DNA of 64,000 bases. Source: an uncultured Holophagae bacterium (lineage in GTDB: Bacteria; Acidobacteriota; Thermoanaerobaculia; Thermoanaerobaculales; Sulfomarinibacteraceae). Below are positions 32,142 through 42,395 of this stretch, piece after piece. The stretch's first letter is position 1. Each line of letters starts with the position of its first letter. Under the pieces are notes generated by a model. That model did no database searches and was not told the DNA's origin. It saw only the letters and a program-made list of their open reading frames with translations. The translations under genes and the position numbers were made by a program. The DNA lies in contig CAWDGW010000012.1 in the NCBI GenBank assembly GCA_963801995.1, positions 78,940 to 142,939 of the forward strand. The letters run 5' to 3'.

Positions 32142-33000
32142 GCTCATCCGGAATTCCGTGAGGTGGTGGATGACAGCGACCAGGGACAGATTCAGCTGAC
32201 AGCGACAGGGGCCGGTGGCGGCGTCAGGTGACGGCGACGGCGTCAGAGTTGGACGGGTGCGGGCTACCGGGGATTGAGCAGTCGCCATGTCATGGCACGC
32301 ACCTCATCGAATCCCTGCAGGACCTTCTCCGCCCCGGTTCCATTGACGGCACTGGCAGCAGCAAGCAGTCGCAGGTGGCTGTCGACCTCCTTGGCCGAGG
32401 CGTAGGCGATCCGCCAGTGGTGCTGGCGATCTCTCCCGGATCGGCCGTGCCCTTCCGCTAAGTTGGCGGGGACCGAGCTGGCCGACCGGATCAGCTGATC
32501 GGCGATGGACTTGAGCGGAGCCGGAACTCTCAAAACCAGCGTAATTGCGATGCCTGCTGCTTCGAGGGCTTTGGTGTAGGCCACGAGATTGGTGTTGCTG
32601 ACGGCTTTGGACATGGTCACCTCCGGGTCGTTCATGCCCTTCAACAAGCTGCCAGGGAGGGCGGAGGGGCTGGCAGGGGGGCCTTGGAGATGGCACGACG
32701 AATTGTGGTGCGGCCGTCCCGGCTGCAAGACTCGGCCGTAAGGTCAGCAGGCCAGAGGCCCGCACCACAATCTCCCCCCTGCCAGCCCCTCCGCCCTCCC
32801 TGGCAGCTATCCGTCCCCGTCCCATAGAACGACCCGGAGGGGGCCATGCAGCCGCTGCACATCTGATCGCTGCCTCTGCCCCGGTCGCTGACCACAGTCG
32901 CTGCCCGCTGTTTCCTGCCCCCGTCGCTGCATCCTGACCCTGCCGCTGGGTTCGGGAACGGAAACAGCAACACCCGACATCACGCTTTCCCGGATGAACC
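32141..33000. mobile_element. non-autonomous ISL3-like cassette carrying a four-helix-bundle gene, copy 1 (860 bp)
   Basis: TIRs GGCTCATCCGGAATTCCGTG / CACGCTTTCCCGGATGAACC; AAACGTTA directly repeated at 32133-32140 and 33001-33008; no transposase. Confidence 0.8.
32264..32614 (-). CDS. four helix bundle protein (23S rRNA IVP/Avd-like)
   Basis: DQLIRSASSVPANLAEGHGR...IAYASAKE; GGAGG RBS. Confidence 0.92.
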   Translation of the reverse strand: MSKAVSNTNLVAYTKALEAAGIAITLVLRVPAPLKSIADQLIRSASSVPANLAEGHGRSGRDRQHHWRIAYASAKEVDSHLRLLAAASAVNGTGAEKVLQGFDEVRAMTWRLLNPR

Positions 33001-33130
33001 AAACGTTAGAAGTTACTGGTTAAACGTCGGCTGGCTCGCACTGCACAACGTCAGACGTTAAACGTGTGACCTGTCACGTGTCACATGTCACTCCAGATCC
33101 TTCAGCCGCTTCGGGCCGGCGGCGGCTGAC

Positions 33131-33159
33131 TTGACACGATCCACCGATGACCCCATATT
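33131..33159 (+). promoter_or_regulatory. sigma-70-like promoter
   Basis: TTGACA-17 bp-CATATT. Confidence 0.65.
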
Positions 33160-33164
33160 TGAAG

Positions 33165-33280
33165 TGTCCCTAGGGATCGCGGGTGTTCAACGGACTTCAC
33201 AGCCGCGATACAAACTGAAGAAGCCCGGGTGGGCATACCCACCGCGACGAAATCCCGCTTCACGCGGGGTTTCGTATTTC
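33165..33280 (+). ncRNA. candidate small structured RNA (Acido-Lenti-1-like hairpin)
   Basis: ATCGCGG...GGACTTCACAG-CCGCGAT stem, GGTGGG-CATA-CCCACC hairpin, terminator-like hairpin 33247-33275; family name is from memory only. Confidence 0.55.
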
Positions 33281-33377
33281 TGGGGTCGTAGGGGGAATCT
33301 CGGCGGTTGGAGATGGTTGCGCAATTCGCTCCTCGAATTGCGATATTTTCTTTTCAGACTTTTCCTCTTCGCGTTGG

Positions 33378-33995
33378 ATGAACGTTGACGATGACTGGGA
33401 AGCAGGGCATGGTGGGGAGGTCATGCCCAATCCGGCGAAAGACCAGTGGGATCATCAGCGACGGATGGAACGTCAAGAACGTCGGCGACAGGAGTACCGG
33501 CGGGGGCTCCGCCCATTCGCGATCGCGGTCTGGGAGATCACAAAGGAACACAACCTGGGCTCACTGGTGCGCACCGCACACGCTGCTGCCGCCGCGGAGG
33601 TGCTGCTGGTGGGTGGGCGCGAGTGGGATTCCAAACCGGCCTGCACTTCTGACCTCTTTACCCCGGTCGTCCGGTTGCCGGACATGCCGGCCTTCAGCTC
33701 GCACATCCGGGAGCGTGGCTACTCCCTCGTCGCAGTCGAGCTTCATGACCGTGCGGTCAACCTGTTCGAAGCCGAGTACCCACTGCAGCCCTGCTTCCTC
33801 CTCGGCACCGAGCGCGGAGGAATACCCGAGGACCTGCTGGAGCAAGCCGATACAATTATCCAGATCCCCCAGTGGGGCTTGGTTCCTTCTCTCAACCTGG
33901 CCATTGCAGGATCAATCGTCGTGTACGATTTCCTCGCGAAGCTCCATCACCGCGACCAGCTCGATCGACCCCACGGCGGTTTGGTCGTGGATTGA
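33378..33995 (+). CDS. TrmH/SpoU family RNA methyltransferase
   Basis: NLGSLVRT, LLGTERGG, IPQWG..PSLNLAIAGSIVVY. Confidence 0.9.
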   Translation: MNVDDDWEAGHGGEVMPNPAKDQWDHQRRMERQERRRQEYRRGLRPFAIAVWEITKEHNLGSLVRTAHAAAAAEVLLVGGREWDSKPACTSDLFTPVVRLPDMPAFSSHIRERGYSLVAVELHDRAVNLFEAEYPLQPCFLLGTERGGIPEDLLEQADTIIQIPQWGLVPSLNLAIAGSIVVYDFLAKLHHRDQLDRPHGGLVVD

Positions 33996-34039
33996 GTGAA
34001 CCCATTGAATCGAATTGCGCCCCCAAACCCGCCCTCCCA

Positions 34040-34180
34040 TTACGAATTGCGAATTGCGAATTCAGCCCTCTGGGACCGGGAGAGATGACACAGGATCATC
34101 TGGACCGATGAGACAAACCGGGACGACCTCGACGATCTCGGACGCCGACAATTCGTAATTCGCAATTCGTAATTCGCAAT
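34040..34180. repeat. inverted pair of heptamer tracts
   Basis: TTACGAATTGCGAATTGCGAATT and its approximate reverse complement AATTCGTAATTCGCAATTCGTAATTCGCAAT ~90 bp downstream. Confidence 0.85.
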
Positions 34181-34338
34181 CGACTTTTCACGTTTCACGT
34201 TTCGACCCCTCACCCCAAAACGTGACACCGGCCACACCGCGGCCATCAAAGGAACCACGGTGTGCACCATGCGACTCTTACCTATCTTGTGGGCCCCGAT
34301 CGAGGCTGGTAGAGTGACCGTCAACAAGGAGGTTCCGA

Positions 34339-34908
34339 ATGAAACCAACACCGCGCCTGTTCGTCGCTCTCATCGTGGTGATCTCCATGATGGCGTTCGG
34401 AGCCTGTAAAAGCTCCAAGCTTCCGCCGCCACCGCCCCCGACTCCCACACCGGCTCCCGTGGTGGTCGACGAGGTGGTCGAGGAGGTCGTGGAAGAGCAC
34501 ATCACCGAAACCATCGTGTCCGAGGAAGTGGTTGAAGAGCTCCCGGAAGATCTCGAGCTCCTCAACGCCCGCGGGTACCTCGAGGATGCCTTCTTCGACA
34601 CCGACCTGTGGGATATCAGACCCGAGTACCGCGAAACCCTGGCGAAGAATGCAGCCTGGCTCCAGCAGTACTCCACGGTCAAGATTCTGGTTGAAGGTCA
34701 CTGTGACGAGCGCAACACCCGCGAGTACAACCTCGCCCTTGGGGAGCGGCGCGCCGCCGCCGTACGCGACTACCTGGTATTCCTCGGGGTGGCTCCGGAA
34801 AGGATCCGGACCATTTCCTACGGTGAAGAACGACCGTTCGCCGTCGGCAGCACCGAGGAGGCATTTTCCCTCAATCGCCGTGCCCACTTCGTGATCACCG
34901 CCCGCTAG
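34339..34908 (+). CDS. pal: peptidoglycan-associated lipoprotein (Pal/OmpA)
   Basis: lipobox FGAC, EGHCDER..EYNLALGERRA, SYGEERP, NRRA. Confidence 0.93.
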   Translation: MKPTPRLFVALIVVISMMAFGACKSSKLPPPPPPTPTPAPVVVDEVVEEVVEEHITETIVSEEVVEELPEDLELLNARGYLEDAFFDTDLWDIRPEYRETLAKNAAWLQQYSTVKILVEGHCDERNTREYNLALGERRAAAVRDYLVFLGVAPERIRTISYGEERPFAVGSTEEAFSLNRRAHFVITAR

Positions 34909-34924
34909 GGCTGGGAGTTCGCCA

Positions 34925-35773
34925 ATGCGCCCATCGTCGATCGTAGCGTTTTCACTCTTCCTGGTCCCACTGGCCGCCTGCACCACATCGTCCGAGGACA
35001 TGACACTGCTCCACCGTGAGATCACTGACGTCCAGCGGCAGGTGCAACAGCTCGAACAGTCCATGCCGGACAAGCAAGACCTGGACTCCGTGGACCAGCG
35101 GATCCAGGACTTCACCGCCCAGACCACCCGTTCGAACGCCGACCTGGCGATGCGGGTGGAACAACTCCAGGAGCAGATCGAGGCGCTCCACGCCAGCCTC
35201 GAGGTGACGACCCAACGCCTGCAGTCGATCTCCCAGGAGCTCGCAGCAGCGCGCGGAGTCGCGGTGAGTGGAACGGTACTGCCGCCAGTCACAGCCGCCG
35301 AGGGTAACCCCCGACCCGATGGGGCCGAACCGGGAGCGGGGACGGCGGCAGCGGCCGCCGCCGGGACTACAGTCGCAGCCGGCACCTCGACCCCTGACGA
35401 GGTCTATCGGACAGCCTACGAGGACTACATGCGGGGCAACTACGATCTGGCCGGGCAGGGATTCCGGGAGTACCTCAGGCGCTGGCCCAATACCGAGCTA
35501 TCGGACAACGCCCTGTACTGGGTCGGCGAATGCCTGGATGCCCAGGAAGAAACCGAGCAGGCCATCGGGGTTTTCACGGAGGTTCTCGAGACCTATCCCG
35601 CCAGCGACAAGGCGGCGGCCGCCCAGCTCAAAAAAGGCCTGCTGTACCTGAAGCTTGGTGACAAGGGGCAGGGCGTGCTCAATCTGCAGTACGTGGTGTA
35701 CGAGCACCCGGGCACCCCCGAGGCGGACTTGGCTCGTGAGCGCCTTCGGTCCCTTGGAATGACCATCCGGTAG
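34925..35773 (+). CDS. cpoB: Tol-Pal system protein YbgF/CpoB
   Basis: lipobox LAAC, coiled coil, TPRs (DNALYWVGE); follows pal. Confidence 0.88.
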   Translation: MRPSSIVAFSLFLVPLAACTTSSEDMTLLHREITDVQRQVQQLEQSMPDKQDLDSVDQRIQDFTAQTTRSNADLAMRVEQLQEQIEALHASLEVTTQRLQSISQELAAARGVAVSGTVLPPVTAAEGNPRPDGAEPGAGTAAAAAAGTTVAAGTSTPDEVYRTAYEDYMRGNYDLAGQGFREYLRRWPNTELSDNALYWVGECLDAQEETEQAIGVFTEVLETYPASDKAAAAQLKKGLLYLKLGDKGQGVLNLQYVVYEHPGTPEADLARERLRSLGMTIR

Positions 35774-35890
35774 GCCCATTCCAAATTCCAAATTCCAAAT
35801 TCCAAATTCTCGACTAGCCTGATTGGCGTCAATGGGCTAGAATAACCGGCCGGTGCCGCCTCTCGACGGCACGTGAAGGAGAATTTCCAG

Positions 35891-36173
35891 ATGGCCAAGA
35901 TCAAGGGAACAAAGAGACAGGCGCGCAAGCGCCATCGCCAGTCGCTGGAACGGCGCATGAGGAACAAGTCGGTGCGCACGCGGGTTCGGCGCCAGATGCG
36001 CTTGATGCGCTCCGCGATCGACGATGGAGACGCGAACAAGGTCAAGGAGCTCCTGCCAGAGACCCTGTCGGTGATCGACGTTGGCTGGCGCAAGGGTGTC
36101 CTCCACCGCAACACCGCCTCCCGCTACAAGTCGCGCATGACCAAATCGGCCCAGGCGGTGATCGCTTCCAAGG

Positions 36174-36181
<8 letters not shown>
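35891..36181 (+). CDS. rpsT: 30S ribosomal protein S20
   Basis: ARKRHRQS..RR.RNK, KGVLHRNTASRYKSR. Confidence 0.93.
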
Positions 36182-37073
<892 letters not shown>

Positions 37074-37103
37074 CCACGACACCAACTCCCCGGAGGGATT
37101 TTC

Positions 37104-39191
37104 ATGAGCTCGAAGACCTACCCCACCGACTCGATCCGCAATGTTGCGGTGGTCGGCCACTCTGACACCGGAAAGACGTCGCTCGTGTCGGCAATGCTCT
37201 TCAACGCCGGCGTTGTGACCCGACTGTGCAAGGTGGACGACGGCAACACCACCACCGATTTCGACGAGGACGAGCACGAGCGGAAGATCACCATCAACAC
37301 CGCCGTCGCGCACCTCGATCACGACGGGACCAAGGTCAATCTGATCGATACTCCGGGGTACGGGATCTACACCACCGATGCCGTTCAGGGCCTGCGGGTC
37401 GCCGACGGCGCGCTGCTCCTGATCTCGGCGGTCTCCGGGGTCGAAGTCCAGACCGACAAGCTGTGGAAGGCGGCGGCGAATTTCGAGCTGCCGGTGCTCC
37501 TCGGCATCAACCTGATGGATCGCGACCGCGCCTCCTTTGATCGAACGGTGGAAGCCCTGCAGAAGAAATATGGCCGCGAGGTGACTCCAATCCAGGTGCC
37601 CATCGGCGAGGAGGGAGAGTTTTCCGGCGTGGTGGACCTCATCTCCGGCAAAGCCTTCACCTGGCCCCACGACGAGAGCGGTACGGTCTCGGCGGTGGAT
37701 GTGCCCTCCGACCTTGCAGACCAGGTAGCGAGCGCCCGCGAGGCGCTGATGGAGATGGTGGCGGAGCAGGACGAGGAGCTGATGGACGCCTACCTCGAGG
37801 CCGGGGAGCTCGACACCGAGACCATCACCGCCGGGCTCAAAAAAGCCATCGCCGAGCGTTCCCTTTTCCCGGTCTTCGCCATGTCTGGCGGAAAGAACAT
37901 CGGTGTCCAGCCACTGACGAACGCCCTGGTGAGCCTCCTCCCCGCCCCGAACTGGCGCCCGCTGCCGGTGAAGGTCGACGGCGAGGCCCAAAATCTGGCC
38001 GCCGTCGCCGACCAGCCATTCGTCGCCTACGTCTTCAAGACGATTTCCGATCCCTACACCGGTCGAATCTCGTTGTTCAGAGTGATGTCTGGCGGCATCA
38101 ATTCCGACGAGACCGTGATCAATCCCACCACTCGCAACAACGAGCGCCTTGGTGCGCTGTCCGTGATTCAGGGCAAGGAATTGGAGCACGTGACCGAGCT
38201 GACGCCCGGCGACATCGGCGCCGTACCGAAGCTCAAGGACACCCACACCGGCGACACCCTGTGCGCCGCCAAGGCCGACATCACGTTCCCGCCCGTTCCG
38301 ATTCCCGAGTCAGCCATCAGCTTCGCCCTCGAACCGAAGTCCAAGGGAGACGAGGACAAGCTCGCCGCTGCCCTGTCAAAAATCCGCGACGAGGATCCCA
38401 CCATCAACGTGGGACGGGACCCCCAGACCAAGGAGCTCCTGATCTCCGGAACTGGCCAGCTTCACGTTGAGGTCGTTGTGGGCCGGCTCAAGAAGCGCTA
38501 CAAGGTCGACGTCGTCCTGCACCAGCCCAAGGTCCCCTACCGCGAGACCATCACCGCCTCCGCCGAGGTCACAACTCGACACAAAAAGCAGACCGGTGGT
38601 TCGGGCCAGTTCGCCGAGTGCAAGATCATCATGGAGCCCAACAAGGGCGAGGGTTACGAGTTCGTCGACAAAATCTTTGGCGGCTCGATCTCCCAGGGCT
38701 ACCGGCCCGCGGTCGACAAGGGCATCCAGGAGGCGGCCGAAAACGGCGTCCTCGCCGGCTATCCCATGGTGAATTTCAAGGTCACCCTCATCGACGGCAA
38801 GGAGCACTCGGTGGACTCCTCGGAAATGGCATTCAAAATTGCCGGCCGCAAGGCATTCAGGCAGGGCGCCGCCAAGTGCAAGCCCACCATGCTCGAGCCG
38901 ATCATGCAGATCGAGGTCTACATTCCCGAAGACAGCATGGGTGACGTCATGGGCGACCTCAACTCACGTCGCGGCCGCGTCCAGGGCATGGACACAGAAG
39001 ACGACATCACCACGGTCAAGGCCCAAGTTCCACTGGCCGAGCTCCTCACCTACGCGCCGACCCTGCGTTCCATCACCGGGGGCCGCGGTGACTTCCATAT
39101 GGAGTTCGACCGCTACGCCGAAATCCCGAAACAGCTGCAAGACAAGATCATCGCTGCGGCGGCGCGGGAGGATGAAGAGGACGACGACTAA
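37104..39191 (+). CDS. elongation factor G-like protein (EF-G paralog)
   Basis: GHSDTGKT, DTPG, HKKQTGGSGQF, HSVDSSEMAF; not in the str operon. Confidence 0.93.
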   Translation: MSSKTYPTDSIRNVAVVGHSDTGKTSLVSAMLFNAGVVTRLCKVDDGNTTTDFDEDEHERKITINTAVAHLDHDGTKVNLIDTPGYGIYTTDAVQGLRVADGALLLISAVSGVEVQTDKLWKAAANFELPVLLGINLMDRDRASFDRTVEALQKKYGREVTPIQVPIGEEGEFSGVVDLISGKAFTWPHDESGTVSAVDVPSDLADQVASAREALMEMVAEQDEELMDAYLEAGELDTETITAGLKKAIAERSLFPVFAMSGGKNIGVQPLTNALVSLLPAPNWRPLPVKVDGEAQNLAAVADQPFVAYVFKTISDPYTGRISLFRVMSGGINSDETVINPTTRNNERLGALSVIQGKELEHVTELTPGDIGAVPKLKDTHTGDTLCAAKADITFPPVPIPESAISFALEPKSKGDEDKLAAALSKIRDEDPTINVGRDPQTKELLISGTGQLHVEVVVGRLKKRYKVDVVLHQPKVPYRETITASAEVTTRHKKQTGGSGQFAECKIIMEPNKGEGYEFVDKIFGGSISQGYRPAVDKGIQEAAENGVLAGYPMVNFKVTLIDGKEHSVDSSEMAFKIAGRKAFRQGAAKCKPTMLEPIMQIEVYIPEDSMGDVMGDLNSRRGRVQGMDTEDDITTVKAQVPLAELLTYAPTLRSITGGRGDFHMEFDRYAEIPKQLQDKIIAAAAREDEEDDD

Positions 39192-39204
39192 CGGGGTGCA
39201 GTCG

Positions 39205-39641
39205 ATGAACAGAAGGAGAGATTCCTGGCCCTCGCCGCCGTCGTCACGATGGCCATCGTCCTGCCCACCTTCAATCCGGAGCAGCCCAGCTTTGACTCTG
39301 ATACCCAGATTTTGCGCTCGGCCGACCTGCCTCGGCCCGCAACACCAGTGGCGCCAGTGGATCAGGCCGTCGAGTGGAAATCGAGGAACGGGCTCCTCCT
39401 CAAGTGGGCGATCGATCCCCCCACCCACGTCTTGGTGGAGATTCTCGACGCTGACGGCGAGCTCATCTGGACCAGCCCGGAAACGGCGACCACGGAAATC
39501 CAGATCCCGTTGAATGTGGCGGCGGACCCAGGCCGGTATTACTGGCGTGTCGTGATCACCGAGCCCACGATCGGCAGGATCTCTTCGGATCTGGTGTCGT
39601 TCGAGCTCGTTGACGGAGGAGCTACCGCCAGTCCCCCCTGA
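39205..39641 (+). CDS. hypothetical exported protein (probable 5' frameshift)
   Basis: MNRRR/FLALAAVVTMAIV leader; GRYYWRV Ig-like tail. Confidence 0.55.
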
Positions 39642-42283
39642 CATGGAACGACGCCCAGTGAAAGGGGTGGGCTCTCGCCGGGGAGCTTTCAGCGGTATGC
39701 CTTTGCGCGATCCACAGAGCCTCGACCGTGCTCCGACCCTCTTTCAGATTTGCGTAGTATCGGCCCATGAGCTCGGCCGTCGACCGGTCCGGTATGGCCC
39801 ACTGGGAAACGACCAGGGTGCGGGCTCCTGCGATTTGGAATGCTCGCGCGAGCCCAATGATGCCCTCGCCGTCGATGGCATGACCCCGGGCCGGTACTGC
39901 AGGCGGAGAGGACCACCACCTCGGCCTCGATAGCCAGCGTGTCAGCGATCTCCCAGGCCGAGAGCACGCCATCTTGGTCCGAGGATGTGGGATCCTCCGG
40001 AAGAGAGAAAAACAGCGCCGATTCCATTGGAAACCGAGAGTCAGCGACGGCATGAACAGCACAGTGCAGGATGCTGGCCGCCGCTCCGTGTTCCTTGAAA
40101 TTGTCCTCGGTCGCCGCCCCGCCCAGATAGGTCGCTGCCCCACTGCCAAAAAGTCGCTCGATGGATCTGATCTCTTCACGAGAGCCCGGAAGCGGCTGTA
40201 ATCCATACCGTTCAGTCACGGATGATTGGCGCGGATACTCGGGGTCACCAAAGGCTGCGATGGTGCTCGACCCGACGGGCCGGTCCCTCCGAAGCTGGCG
40301 GAGTTCGGCGAACACGCTCGCGGATGGGTTGAAGAAGAGTGGCTTGGTGTGACCGAGGTACCGGATGGGATCTCCCGGGAGGACAAGCGCTGCAAAGGGA
40401 AGATCGACCAGGGGACCGTCCGGCACGATGAGCACCCTGTCTGCCGCCGAGATGGCATCAAGAGCCGGTCCAAGTAGGAGTTCGAACAACTTCCGCGCCT
40501 GGGCGATGAGGGCGGGATCCACCGCCTCGGCCGTTCGCCCTCTGGCGATCAGGGCGTGGAAGATGTTCAGCCGCCTGCCGAGCTCCGGCCCTCCCATCGG
40601 TATGTGAAAAGCCTGGATCCCAGAGTCTCTTTCGACCCCAGCGCCGGTCACCAGCGCCATGCTCTGCTCTTCACCGACGGAGAAGTAGACCACAACCGTG
40701 CCGGCGTCCAGCGACTGCCTCGTTTTGATGGAGGTAACGACCCCGGGACTCGAGAATGCAGAGTACCGAGGTGCAGCCTCGCGGATCGCCGCCATCACCC
40801 CTTCGAGCTGTGCCTCCGCCGAATTCAGCTGTTCTCGATAGCGGTGAAGGGACTGCTCATCGCCGATCGGGTCGATCCGCGCGATCCGGCCTTCGATGCC
40901 CCCGATCCGCCGCTCCAACTGGTTTTTTGCGAACCAAAGCTCGGAGGGGATATTCGCCGGAACCGCGCCGCGACGCGCCAACACTTCCCGCAGGGCAGCT
41001 GCCCTGGCCCTTTCCAGAAGATCCCAGGCCTCGGCCGCGGCGGCCCTGGTCCACGAGTAGCCGCGCGAGCCTGCCGTAATAAGCGTAGTACCTGGCTCCG
41101 AATTGGGAGCGATCCTCGTCTGAAACCTGCATCCCCTGGCGACGTTCCTCGATGATGGCAATCGCCTCGCGCCACAGCTTCTCAGCGACCTCCGAGCGAC
41201 CCCGCGCCTGTTCGACAGCACCCAATGCAAAAAGGCTAACTGTGGAGTGTCGGATCCGAGGCGCCCCGCAGAATCCATCTCGCGTCGAAAGAAATCCCGG
41301 GCGTGATCGAAATCCCCTCGTCGCATGGCCAACAGCCCGAGATTCCCCAACACCTCGCACTCGGCCGGGCTTCCCTCTGCAACTCCCCGCACAACATCCA
41401 AGGCCGTTCGATACCCCTCCTCCGCAGCATCCAGATCCGACCGAACGAAGGCGATTGCGGCCAAGGTGTTGACAGCCTGCGCCCACTCGATGGTCTCGCC
41501 GCCGACCGTCAGGTAGATCTCTGCAGCGCGCGTCGCCTCCGGGTCACACCCTCTGAGGTTGGCCCGGCACAGCTGGAGCTGGGCGAATGCCAGCGCCGGC
41601 GAGTCCGGGACGTCGGCCTCGAGAAGCCCGATTCCCAATCGGAAGGCGCGGGCGGCGATGGACTGTCGGCCGACTGCGAGCAGGCCATCGCCGGCCCGCT
41701 CCCAGAACGCGGCGCGGAGCCGGTGATCCTCGATGGTCTCGGCTCCGATCACCAGAACGGGAAGGCACTCGTCGGGAGTCTCCGACGTGGCGAGAGCCAC
41801 TCCCTCCCTCATGTGGAACCAGGCCGCCTCGAGGGTATCCCCCAGCTCGGCCGCGGCGTTCGCGAGTCTCCTCCACTCCTCGACCGCGCCCTCCACATGT
41901 CCGCTGTCAGCCAACTCCTTCGCCCGCAGGTGTCCGGTCAACGATTCTTCGTCCAGCAGCGGACGAAGGTGGACCCGCCACCGACCGGTGCGAACCACGA
42001 CCCGCCGCTTCTTCGAATCGCGCTGAATGATCAGCTCCACCGGGCCGTGGGGAGCCAGCTCCTGTTCGACGACGGCCAGGTGGAAGGGCGACTCGATCGC
42101 CCCCGACGCTCTGCCCTGCCGCCAATCAACCACCACGTCGCCGGGCTTCAGCCCGGCCACATCGGCAGCCTCACCCCGGTCACAGGACACGACGACGGCG
42201 CCGTTGGTCGGCGGATGCTGAAGGCCGCAGCCCCAGAGCGCGAGCCTCGATGCAACCGCGGCCGTGCTGATCGCGCAATTCAC
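39622..42283 (-). CDS. PDZ-TPR-CHAT domain protein (frameshifted)
   Basis: AGLKPGDVVV, TPRs, PDGPL..LPFAAL, HCAVHA, VVLSAC, HPFHWASF; start uncertain. Confidence 0.85.
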
Positions 42284-42304
42284 TCCGCAGACTCCGTGAA
42301 TTGC
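42273..42304. repeat. first hairpin of the dispersed repeat, copy 3
   Basis: GCGCAATTCACTCCGCAGACTCCGTGAATTGC, one mismatch to copies 1 and 2. Confidence 0.85.
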
Positions 42305-42395
42305 GAAAATCTGAGAGCATAACCGCCGCCCTTCCCTCAGCGTAAACTCTGGAATCACCTGAGCGATCAGGCCAGAACCCCTCGAGGAGCGAGCT

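Noticed and set aside
32691-32706. Sigma-54 site TGGCACGACGAATTGT
   Set aside because: The -12 element is displaced by one base and lacks GC.
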